DNA from: Candidatus Lokiarchaeum ossiferum
Lineage (GTDB): Archaea; Asgardarchaeota; Lokiarchaeia; Sigyniarchaeales; Promethearchaeaceae
Direction: 5' to 3'
NCBI GenBank assembly: GCA_025839675.1
Contig: CP104013.1
Coordinates: 810,001-842,000, forward strand
DNA: 32,000 bases
Numbering within the stretch: the stretch's first letter is position 1; each line of letters begins with the position of its first letter. Of the stretch, positions 16,796 through 25,224 are shown one piece after another. Position numbers and translations under genes: made by a program. The notes beneath the pieces are model-generated. The model was not told where the DNA came from. It saw only the letters and a program-made list of their open reading frames with translations, and searched no databases.

Positions 16796-19700
16796 ATGAA
16801 AAAAAAACAAATTTATTCTCTATTTCTAGTTTTTGTGTTTTTAGGTAGTATTTCCTTCGTGCAAGGATTTGAGGGAAGCTCCGATTACTCGACCAGTAGT
16901 AGAGAGATCATTGAAGAAATCGAATTATCTGGCTTAAATTTTACCTATCCGTTTAGTGCCGGGGATGAATTTATATTCGATTTCAATTTAGCTGTTGATG
17001 TTGGAACAGATGATCCAACTATATACTCTGAGATTGATCAGTGGATTCTAGATAATTCAGATATTTTCAGTTCTTTTGATATTGAAAGTAGAATTGAAGA
17101 ATTCGAAGATTTAGTATATCAAGATTTTGATATTAAGATTTTGATTGATCAAATGAAAAGTATTTATGAAAATCGAACGAGATTTGACGGAGAGTTTTAT
17201 TATAACTATACTGAAGGTGATGAAGATCTATTAGTTGGTGAAGAAATTTATGGCCAAAATAGTGATATCAAAGCTTACGATTTAATCATGGGTAATATAT
17301 CTGTGAGAAATGACACCTACTGGTTTGGTGCTCCAAGTGATTATGCGCTTGATGTGATTAATGAAGCGGGAAATTTGATTTCTAATGTAATTCCTTTTGA
17401 TCGGGAATTAAATGAAATGCAAGAGCAAATTGATTTCTTATCTTTAATGCTCCCCCAAGTTCCCACAAATAGCCTTCCAATAGAAATGTTGCGTTTCAGG
17501 AATCTTACAGATGAATTTAGTTACGAAAAGTGGGATCCGACAGTTCCAACTATGCCTACCTTAGGTGATGATGATTATGATTATAAAATGAATTATTATC
17601 ATGGCTATCATGACGCGGGATACGATTGGGGTTATGGAGATGGTGTTCATGATGATGAATATCGAGATTGGGATGTTTTCCACCAAGATGAAAAGAAGAA
17701 TGATGATAAATATGACGATCGAGATCATTGGGAAGAATCATTCTATCCATTTGAAGATAATTTTTATGGTGACGGATATAATGAAGGTTATCGCCATGGA
17801 TATAACCACGGATATGTAGATGGATATGAAGACTATCAAACTTATTTAAGCACCCATCCTCAACCAGAATTACCATTCCCCGATTATTTTGATGGATTAG
17901 AAGGATTCCCATTAATAGCACCTCCAGGAATGAATTTCTCAAAAATATATGACTTAGCTTTTGAAATGATTGATTGGGAAAATGCATATGCCGCCTACTT
18001 AGGAGATGAAGGATTACCAATCGATGATATTTGGGGCACGATAGATGATTTAGGCGCCGTTTCTAATTTCTATGTTGATACAAATACAGTTTCACTCGTA
18101 ATCAATACAGATCATCTTAACTGGAGTTTTATTGAATTTTTGTCTAAAGGAATGATAAATAAAACTATCATTGAAGATATGGTCGGTATAAAGGATTTCA
18201 CAGGACAAATAAACATAGCTCTTGAAATGAATGAAGATCGGACATTCAAAGGATTCACAATGTATCTCTTTGGAGACATTACTTTAGATTTCACCGACTT
18301 ACAAGATATGTTACCTGATGACGATGATTTTCCAGATTTTATTCGGAATTTAGCTGATGATACCTTTTATATGGGATTAAATTTCAGTTTAACTTCACAT
18401 GATTATCTCCCACCTTCCTTAAATGATATGGATCCCGATGAATTTCTAAAAGTCGCCAATCTAGGAGAAGATAGTGATGATTATGATAATGATGGTATTT
18501 TAAATTCTGAGGAAATTGCCGCAGGTTCTGATACCTACATAACCAACGAATATTCTGCAGATACTGATGGAGATTTCTTATTGGATGCAGAAGAAATTGC
18601 TTTAGGTTTAGATCCAACAGATGCTGATTCTGATGGAGATTCAATGCCTGATGGTTGGGAAGTGTATTACGGAACGGATCCCGAAACGGATGATAGTTCA
18701 GTCAATACTGATGGAGATGGATTTACAAATCTTGAAGAATATGACCACATGACTGATCCTGGCTTAGCTGATACCGATGGAGATGGATTGAATGATGATT
18801 TGGAAATTCTCTCCGATCCATTGAATCCTGACACCGACGGGGATGATTTAAATGATTATGATGAAATTATTGTTTATTTCACCAATCCATTAAATGAAGA
18901 TACCGACAATGATAACATGACCGACGGTTGGGAAGTATCCTATGGTTTGAATGCAACATTAACAGCAGATGGCAAGTATAATAACGATACGGATGATCTT
19001 CTCAATGATGAAGAATTCGCTCGTGGATGCAGTCCACTCACTAATGACACCGATAATGATGATTTAGATGATAGATTTGAAATTGAATATCCCGATCATG
19101 CATTGAGTCCAAGCAATAATGATACAGACTGGGATGGTCTTAGTGATTATGATGAAGTGATGACCTATTTCACAAAACCAAACAGATATGACACAGATAA
19201 TGATGGTTTAGATGATTATGAAGAACTATTTGTCTACTTCACTAACGCAACTTATTATGATACAGATTACGATGAGATGAATGATTGGGAAGAAGTTCGA
19301 TTTGGAATTAACCCCAATAATGTTGATTCGGATGGAGATTTGATTCCTGATGGATATGAATGGCGACACTATAATGATGATTGGCATCATTTAGATCCTT
19401 CAACAGCAGATGACACATCAGTGGATTGGGATGGTGATGGATTAACCTTACTTCAAGAAATAGTTGGAGATTATTCAGATCCAGAAGATTGGGATACGGA
19501 TCGTGATGGATTAGACGATTATGAAGAATCCGTTTTAAATACAGATCCACGTGATTGGGATACGGATCATGACGGATTGTCAGATTCAGAAGAACATTAC
19601 AACGCTTTCACCGATCCAAAAGATTGGGATTCAGAAAATGATTTGATGCCTGATGGATGGGAATGGCACCACGGGTTAGACCCAAATACAGATGATGCAG

Positions 19701-21064
19701 CAGATGATTTAGATGCTGACGGTCGATCAAATCTTGATGAATATTACGATGATACTTGGCCAAATGATCCAGATACGGATAAAGATGGTTTATCAGATGG
19801 TGATGAAGCACTAGAATATACGGATCCACGCGATTGGGATTCAGACAATGATGGACTTTCTGATGGGTTTGAAAATACAACTACTGGATATGAACCACTC
19901 ACTTGGGATAGTGTTACACCTGGAATTCCAGATTATGAATCAATGTATCATTCTAGTGGATACTCTGAAATTGTGACATTATTTAATACTCACAATATTG
20001 ACTACTTATACGAAGACGAGTATTTTGGCGATGTGATTAAATTTGAACACCCCGGAAACAATGCCCGATGGTTTGAAATTTATCTTTTTGGTGATGATAC
20101 AGCCGGCGCCACATTTACTCTCTCAGTATCATATGAAGAAGAAGTTTGGGATGGAGATCACTGGGAACGACACCAAAGAACCGATGAATTATATACTGAT
20201 GAACCTTGGACAACTGGAACACTTCTCACAATTGATAGTCACAATTATGGTCAAAATTGGTATAACTTCAAATTAATGGTCTTTGATGGGAATCCATCCC
20301 ATGATGTAGAAGAATACTTTGATTTGAATGTCAAGTCACATGATCCAATGGTGGAAGGTCCAAACGACGAAACCATAGATATATTTGATAGTGATTCTTA
20401 TGCCTGGTTTGGATGGAATATTCATGACAACATGGATTGGTATGAATATGGAAACTACGTAATAACCCGAGGTACATCAATTGTGAAACGTGGAAACTGG
20501 TATGCTGGTGACTTCGTTGGTTTTGATGTTTGTGAAGTCCCTCCAATTGGCGTATGGGAATTTACGATTCATGTAGATGATAATAAAGGAGGACACTCAG
20601 TAAGAAATCTAACATTGAATATTGAAGGTGTTGATCCAACTATCAGCCATCCTGCAGATATTACAATTGATTCTACCGTTGCAGCAGCAGATGCCAAAAT
20701 CCATTGGACAATTGAAGATCCTTCAGTTCAAGACGGTGCCTATTACGAAATATTCGTCGATAGCATTTCTATACGAGAAGTGATGTGGAATGGAGAACAA
20801 CAATTCCAGTATAATATTACAGAGGATCTTTCTACCCTTTCAGCTGGAGTTTATGAATACAAGATTGTCGCTGATGATGGTCGTGGTGGAATAGTTGATG
20901 ATATAGTAATAGTTACTGTCAACGCTCCAGCCAATACAACCACTACAGAAACAACCACCACAGAAACAACAACGCCTCCATTTGAAATTCCAGGATATTC
21001 CCCTGTTGTTTTTGGATTTGTTTCTTTAATTGCAATTGCTTATATAATTAAGAAACGAAAATAA
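16796..21064 (+). CDS. Giant secreted/anchored surface protein (1422 aa): signal peptide, unknown N-domain, H/Y/G/D-rich block, ~20 TSP3-like acidic repeats, two Ig-like modules, Thr-rich stalk, PGF-CTERM-like tail
   Basis: The track start at 16718 is TTG. ATG at 16796 gives a canonical signal peptide MKKKQIYSLFLVFVFLGSISFVQG. Repeats are of the form DTDGDGLNDDLE, DTDNDGLDDYEE and DSDGDSMPDGWE. The C-terminus is NTTTTETTTTETTTPPFEIPGYSPVVFGFVSLIAIAYIIKKRK. Confidence 0.85.
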   Translation: MKKKQIYSLFLVFVFLGSISFVQGFEGSSDYSTSSREIIEEIELSGLNFTYPFSAGDEFIFDFNLAVDVGTDDPTIYSEIDQWILDNSDIFSSFDIESRIEEFEDLVYQDFDIKILIDQMKSIYENRTRFDGEFYYNYTEGDEDLLVGEEIYGQNSDIKAYDLIMGNISVRNDTYWFGAPSDYALDVINEAGNLISNVIPFDRELNEMQEQIDFLSLMLPQVPTNSLPIEMLRFRNLTDEFSYEKWDPTVPTMPTLGDDDYDYKMNYYHGYHDAGYDWGYGDGVHDDEYRDWDVFHQDEKKNDDKYDDRDHWEESFYPFEDNFYGDGYNEGYRHGYNHGYVDGYEDYQTYLSTHPQPELPFPDYFDGLEGFPLIAPPGMNFSKIYDLAFEMIDWENAYAAYLGDEGLPIDDIWGTIDDLGAVSNFYVDTNTVSLVINTDHLNWSFIEFLSKGMINKTIIEDMVGIKDFTGQINIALEMNEDRTFKGFTMYLFGDITLDFTDLQDMLPDDDDFPDFIRNLADDTFYMGLNFSLTSHDYLPPSLNDMDPDEFLKVANLGEDSDDYDNDGILNSEEIAAGSDTYITNEYSADTDGDFLLDAEEIALGLDPTDADSDGDSMPDGWEVYYGTDPETDDSSVNTDGDGFTNLEEYDHMTDPGLADTDGDGLNDDLEILSDPLNPDTDGDDLNDYDEIIVYFTNPLNEDTDNDNMTDGWEVSYGLNATLTADGKYNNDTDDLLNDEEFARGCSPLTNDTDNDDLDDRFEIEYPDHALSPSNNDTDWDGLSDYDEVMTYFTKPNRYDTDNDGLDDYEELFVYFTNATYYDTDYDEMNDWEEVRFGINPNNVDSDGDLIPDGYEWRHYNDDWHHLDPSTADDTSVDWDGDGLTLLQEIVGDYSDPEDWDTDRDGLDDYEESVLNTDPRDWDTDHDGLSDSEEHYNAFTDPKDWDSENDLMPDGWEWHHGLDPNTDDAADDLDADGRSNLDEYYDDTWPNDPDTDKDGLSDGDEALEYTDPRDWDSDNDGLSDGFENTTTGYEPLTWDSVTPGIPDYESMYHSSGYSEIVTLFNTHNIDYLYEDEYFGDVIKFEHPGNNARWFEIYLFGDDTAGATFTLSVSYEEEVWDGDHWERHQRTDELYTDEPWTTGTLLTIDSHNYGQNWYNFKLMVFDGNPSHDVEEYFDLNVKSHDPMVEGPNDETIDIFDSDSYAWFGWNIHDNMDWYEYGNYVITRGTSIVKRGNWYAGDFVGFDVCEVPPIGVWEFTIHVDDNKGGHSVRNLTLNIEGVDPTISHPADITIDSTVAAADAKIHWTIEDPSVQDGAYYEIFVDSISIREVMWNGEQQFQYNITEDLSTLSAGVYEYKIVADDGRGGIVDDIVIVTVNAPANTTTTETTTTETTTPPFEIPGYSPVVFGFVSLIAIAYIIKKRK
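18470..19875 (+). repeat. Array of about 20 thrombospondin-type-3-like (D-x-D-x-D-G-x-x-D-x-x-E) calcium-binding-type repeats inside the giant CDS
   Basis: Counted by hand in the translation, from DSDDYDNDGILNSEE to DSDNDGLSDGFE. The distal units also repeat at the DNA level (e.g. gattgggatacggatcgtgatgg / gattgggatacggatcatgacgg / gattgggattcagacaatgatgg). Confidence 0.75.
20357..20923 (+). repeat. Two copies of a ~90-aa beta-sandwich-like module (copies A 20357..20629 and B 20648..20923)
   Basis: A: GPNDETIDIF...WFGWNIHD...GVWEFTIHVDDNKGGHSVRNLTLNIEG. B: HPADITID...IHWTIEDP...GVYEYKIVADDGRGGIVDDIVIVTVN. The shared pattern is [HG]P.D...W.I.D...Y.I...W...G.[WY].[FY].I.V.D..G...D.V.V. Confidence 0.6.
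20990..21061 (+). other. PGF-CTERM-like archaeal C-terminal sorting signal (PGY variant)
   Basis: PGY (20990..20998) is followed by the hydrophobic stretch SPVVFGFVSLIAIAYII and the basic tail KKRK at the extreme C-terminus. It is preceded by a Thr-rich linker (TTTTETTTTETTT). This is the layout of PGF-CTERM/archaeosortase substrates. Confidence 0.55.
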
Positions 21065-21079
21065 AGGAGCATTCCAACA

Positions 21080-21097
21080 TTTTTTTAATCTTTTTTT
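21080..21097 (+). terminator. Two T7 runs after the giant CDS (archaeal-style terminator candidate)
   Basis: TTTTTTTaatcTTTTTTT begins 16 nt after the stop. It is followed by the TATA-like sequence aatatatttta ahead of the next gene. Confidence 0.4.
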
Positions 21098-21132
21098 AAT
21101 ATATTTTATGTAAGCAAACGTAGGATTAAATC

Positions 21133-23316
21133 ATGGTTTACCCTAAATTCACATTAAAAATAATTCTCATTGGAACCATCGGGTTATGTTTATTTTCGCT
21201 TATTGAATTTCAAGAAGGCCTTAATACGAGTTTTTCACTTAACAATAAAGAAGAAGATAGATTTCAAAATATAATGTTGCCAAGATCAAACAGTGAAGAA
21301 TTATCACTAGATTATTCCCTAATCTATAATATCACTAAAAATGGTGATGTCCAACATGATATTGTACCGGTTAACTTATCTATTCAAGGAACAAATGGTT
21401 TACTTGAAGATGGGAGTATTGAATATTCTATACCTAAAAACATTACAGATCCATCTGTTCTTGAAAGTTTATCCTTAATTTTCTTTGAGGAGCAAATCCA
21501 ATTCATTCAAGACCACAGTTTTGAAGAAACTTATGAAACCTACTTTTCTTTACGAAAAGAAGCACTGTCAAATGATCCGGCAGATATTGCTGAAAATGGG
21601 AGTTATAATTTCTTTTGGATTTGTGACATCAATACTCCTCCGAGTTCATTAAAAAAATATACCAATATTCCATTCACCCGGTTAGCGTACAATATTCCTA
21701 TTAAGGAGGATGATTTGTTGTTGACTTATCCCACATGGGAAAGTGATACGACTTTATTTCCAAGTCATCAAAAATTAATTGAAGTATTTTACTTAAAATC
21801 AAGTCAAGCAGTCTCCGGGGAATATCAATATACCATCCGGCTGTATTATGATAAAACAAATTCCATATTATTGAAGGCTGAATCCTATTATCAAAAAATA
21901 AATACAAATGAAGAGTATTATGTGAAAATCATTTTGCGCGATACTTCTTTATCCTTGAATTTAGTTGACAACGGGGGATGGAATGGGGATACAAATGATC
22001 AACCTCTTCTCAACCATCCTGAGGATATTTCTTTTGATGATGATTCGCAAAACTCGCATGTGATAACTTGGGAAATCGAAGATGAAATCAATTTTTATGC
22101 AAGTTACACGATTTTTACTTTGAATAAACAATTTGGACCCTTTCTTTGGGACAATTCCCCTCTAATTATTTTCAATGTCAGTGATTTTGCCGATGGGGAT
22201 TGGAACCTATTTATTATTTTTGAAGATGGCTTAGGTCAAGTAGCAATCGATTCCGTCCGTGTATTGATCAGTCCAGTTCCTCCAATAATTTCGACCCCTT
22301 CAAATATTGCATATTATAGCAATTCTTCATCAGAATACTGGGCAGAATGGCTAATTTTGGACAATTCCACTTACCACACCCATTATTCAATTACGTTACA
22401 AGAAGCTAATCTTATCCTTATGGAAGGGGAGTGGACCAATGGTGATATAATCGCATATAATGTATCTTCATGGCCAATTGGGATTTGGAACTTGGTCATT
22501 TTGGTTTCAGATGGAAGTTCAACACCAGTTTTGACAGATAATGTGGAAATACAAGTGTATAATGCAACTACGGATCAAGAAAATAGAGCCCCATATATAT
22601 TTGCATCAACTGATTTAGAAATCTATTTTGAAAGCCAAGAAAATAATTTCCTCAACTGGTATCCCGTTGATTATAATACTACATCATCGCGCAAAGGTTC
22701 TTTGTATTTGAACAATACCTTAATAATGGAAAACATTCAGTGGAATAGCCAAGAATTAATCGAAATTGAATTGCCCTATTTAACAATCGGAAATTATTCT
22801 TTTTTAATCAACTTAGACGATGGGAATGGATTAAATTCCACTTCAGAGGTTCAAGTATCCGTTTTGCATGCAATCTCTGATCCTAATAACCCACAATCAT
22901 CAAATTTAGTAATTATTTCAGGCCCTGATTTGTTCTATTATGATAATTCAACCACATTCCAAGATATAACATGGATCATTATTGATTTTACACGAGACTC
23001 AGGTAGTTTCGAAATCACTTTAAATTCAACGAATCTAAATTATTCCCAAAATGCGTGGAACTCGGGTGAATTTATTCACTTCAATGTATCAGATTTAAAT
23101 AGAGGAAAATATATTTTTGAAATTCATGTAGAGGATCTTTATGGGCAGACACATTCAGATTCGATTAATGTTTGGGTGCTTGCATCTAATGTAAACAAAC
23201 AGAGCAAATTGTGGTACCTACTCATCGCCATTCCGGTATTATCAGTTGGAGGAGTGGTGTATATATATTTAAAGAAGAAAAAAGACACCAATGCTGGAAT
23301 ATTGGATCAAATTTAA
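21133..23316 (+). CDS. Membrane-anchored surface protein (727 aa): N-terminal signal/anchor, unknown domain, four copies of the ~90-aa module, C-terminal TM anchor
   Basis: ATG at 21133. N-terminal hydrophobic stretch LKIILIGTIGLCLFSLI and C-terminal LWYLLIAIPVLSVGGVVYIYLKKKK. About 18 N-x-S/T sequons by manual count. Confidence 0.8.
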   Translation: MVYPKFTLKIILIGTIGLCLFSLIEFQEGLNTSFSLNNKEEDRFQNIMLPRSNSEELSLDYSLIYNITKNGDVQHDIVPVNLSIQGTNGLLEDGSIEYSIPKNITDPSVLESLSLIFFEEQIQFIQDHSFEETYETYFSLRKEALSNDPADIAENGSYNFFWICDINTPPSSLKKYTNIPFTRLAYNIPIKEDDLLLTYPTWESDTTLFPSHQKLIEVFYLKSSQAVSGEYQYTIRLYYDKTNSILLKAESYYQKINTNEEYYVKIILRDTSLSLNLVDNGGWNGDTNDQPLLNHPEDISFDDDSQNSHVITWEIEDEINFYASYTIFTLNKQFGPFLWDNSPLIIFNVSDFADGDWNLFIIFEDGLGQVAIDSVRVLISPVPPIISTPSNIAYYSNSSSEYWAEWLILDNSTYHTHYSITLQEANLILMEGEWTNGDIIAYNVSSWPIGIWNLVILVSDGSSTPVLTDNVEIQVYNATTDQENRAPYIFASTDLEIYFESQENNFLNWYPVDYNTTSSRKGSLYLNNTLIMENIQWNSQELIEIELPYLTIGNYSFLINLDDGNGLNSTSEVQVSVLHAISDPNNPQSSNLVIISGPDLFYYDNSTTFQDITWIIIDFTRDSGSFEITLNSTNLNYSQNAWNSGEFIHFNVSDLNRGKYIFEIHVEDLYGQTHSDSINVWVLASNVNKQSKLWYLLIAIPVLSVGGVVYIYLKKKKDTNAGILDQI
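22015..23181 (+). repeat. Four tandem copies of the same ~90-aa module (22015..22275, 22294..22563, 22603..22869, 22921..23181)
   Basis: Each copy has ...W.I.D...Y.I...W.....I.FNVS.L..G.[WY]...I.V.D..G....D.V.V.V. Examples: HPEDISFDDD...ITWEIEDE...GDWNLFIIFEDGLGQVAIDSVRVLISP and GPDLFYYDN...ITWIIIDF...GKYIFEIHVEDLYGQTHSDSINVWVL. Confidence 0.6.
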
Positions 23317-23345
23317 TGATTTTTTTAAGGTGTTCTGAAATTCGA

Positions 23346-24041
23346 TCAAGGTGCTTTTTCTTTTAATTTTCCATTTTTTAACACAAATTTATGATCACAA
23401 ATCTTCTCAACTTCTGGATTGTGGGTCACAATTAATATTGTAGCATTATATTCTTTGCGTAATTTTAACAAATAATTGAGAATAATCTCTGTTGTTTGAG
23501 CATCTAGATTACCAGTAGGCTCATCACATAATATTAATGTGGGATCATTCACTAATGCACGAGCAATGGCCACCCTCTGTTGTTCTCCAATGCTTAGATG
23601 ATGGGGAAATTTATCCGCTTTTGATTCTAATTGCACTTGTTTTAATAAGTCGGTACTCTTCTTTTTTTGTTCTTCTTGATCCTTGTGCAGTAATGCCATC
23701 GGTAATTCAATATTCTGGCGAACATTTAAAGTTTGAATTAAATTAAAAGTTTGGAAAATAAAACCAATTTTGGCTAGGCGAATTTCTTGCATTTGCTGTT
23801 TGGTCAATTGAGACACATCTAGCCCAGAAATCTCATATGTTCCAGAATCAAATTGATCTAAAAGCCCAATAACATTAAGCAATGTGGATTTTCCACTCCC
23901 ACTGGGACCCATTATTGAAATTATATCATTTCGTTGAATTTCAAGATTTACACCCTTGAGAACTTGAAGCGATTCAGAACTTGTAAAATAGGATTTCTGG
24001 ATATTTGATAATTTTATTATAGTTTGACTCAGATCACTCAT
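23346..24041 (-). CDS. ABC transporter ATP-binding protein, MacB/LolD/FtsE-type
   Basis: Motifs: Walker [14 protein letters not shown]-loop [10 protein letters not shown], signature [15 protein letters not shown], Walker [13 protein letters not shown]-loop VTHN. Confidence 0.9.
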   Translation of the reverse strand: MSDLSQTIIKLSNIQKSYFTSSESLQVLKGVNLEIQRNDIISIMGPSGSGKSTLLNVIGLLDQFDSGTYEISGLDVSQLTKQQMQEIRLAKIGFIFQTFNLIQTLNVRQNIELPMALLHKDQEEQKKKSTDLLKQVQLESKADKFPHHLSIGEQQRVAIARALVNDPTLILCDEPTGNLDAQTTEIILNYLLKLRKEYNATILIVTHNPEVEKICDHKFVLKNGKLKEKAP

Positions 24042-24055
24042 TATTTTTAACCTGG

Positions 24056-25216
24056 TTAGTTTCTTTTTTTTATTTCAGATAGAATGTTTACTCTAAACAC
24101 AATTAGGGCGGGAATGATTGCGATTAAGATTCCCCCAAAAAAAATCAACCCAATGGATTGAAACATTAACTTAAACGGGGCAACTTTCAATGTGTTACTT
24201 CCAAATATTTTAAAAGCAGTTGTAAAATTATCACGGGAGCCAATTTGAACTTGTATAAATGCAAATATTGAAATATAGGCAATTAGTGATAAAGGAACTC
24301 CAATCACCAACCCAATAATAGTGATAAGTGCAATTTCAATCCATAACAACTTCATCAACATCATTTTCGGTGTTCCCATTAGAAGGAGGACTGCAATATC
24401 CTTTTTGCGACTTAAAACGTTCATAGTTTCAATCGCAAATACAAATACTAAAGCAGTGATTATCGCAAAGAATGTGAAAAGTTCAATAATATCCGTGTAA
24501 AAATTGCCCATACTCCCCTTTATCTCATCTTGTTCCTCAGTTGTAAGAAAATTCAACTGGGGGAACTGGGTTTCAAATTCTTGTACTTTTTCGCCATTTT
24601 GAATTTGATTCGAAATAAAGAATAAAGAGACTCGATCTGTGTAGTTATAGGAGGTTTGTAATGTCAGCAAGTCGCATACAATAATACCATCCATAAAGGA
24701 ACTGCTGGAACTTAAAATTCCACTTACATGAAAAGTTTTATTCTGTATGTAAACTACATCATCAGAAAACTCAACCGAGGATCCTACCACAACTTCATGT
24801 ATTGAATTAGGCCATTTTCCCACACTCAAACCAGTATTTTCCCATAATGTGGAAATATCAGATAAGTTTGTGCCTAAAATGTAATTATATTCAAAAGAAC
24901 TTACCGATTCATCATAAGATACAATCAAGGCCGGAATCGTTTCTTCTTGGAAAAAATCTTCAATCTCAGCTTGATACTCTGCTTCTAAAAATGATCCAGC
25001 AGGAAGAAATTGAAAATAATTCGCACCCTTTTCAATTATTTGTGAATATTCATTAAAGGGGGTGAAGAACCCCGAGGCGGTCTGTTGGTACCTTTCAGAA
25101 GTCATAGATATTACCATCACAGTCATAGTACTCAAAATAATCCCGAGAATACACATAATAGTTCGACTTCTTTTTTGTTTTAGATTTTGGAATATAAAAT
25201 CACGTAAATACAGCAT
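24056..25216 (-). CDS. FtsX/MacB-type ABC permease (TM1, large extracytoplasmic domain, three C-terminal TMs)
   Basis: 386 aa. The N-terminus KQKRSRTIMCILGIILSTMTVMV is followed by a ~220-aa non-hydrophobic loop and a C-terminal FtsX-like 3-TM block. It lies 14 bp from the ATPase gene. Confidence 0.8.
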   Translation of the reverse strand: MLYLRDFIFQNLKQKRSRTIMCILGIILSTMTVMVISMTSERYQQTASGFFTPFNEYSQIIEKGANYFQFLPAGSFLEAEYQAEIEDFFQEETIPALIVSYDESVSSFEYNYILGTNLSDISTLWENTGLSVGKWPNSIHEVVVGSSVEFSDDVVYIQNKTFHVSGILSSSSSFMDGIIVCDLLTLQTSYNYTDRVSLFFISNQIQNGEKVQEFETQFPQLNFLTTEEQDEIKGSMGNFYTDIIELFTFFAIITALVFVFAIETMNVLSRKKDIAVLLLMGTPKMMLMKLLWIEIALITIIGLVIGVPLSLIAYISIFAFIQVQIGSRDNFTTAFKIFGSNTLKVAPFKLMFQSIGLIFFGGILIAIIPALIVFRVNILSEIKKRN

Positions 25217-25224
25217 TTATCACC

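Noticed and set aside
17556-20546. His-, Leu- and Asn-rich ORFs antisense or out of frame within the giant surface-protein gene (17556..18020, 17601..17819, 18112..18294, 18384..18644, 19308..19550, 19608..19880, 20043..20276, 20331..20546)
   Set aside because: They are mirror-image artefacts of the GAT/GAC/TAT/GGA-rich repeat codons of the real plus-strand CDS. Stop codons are rare in those frames for compositional reasons.
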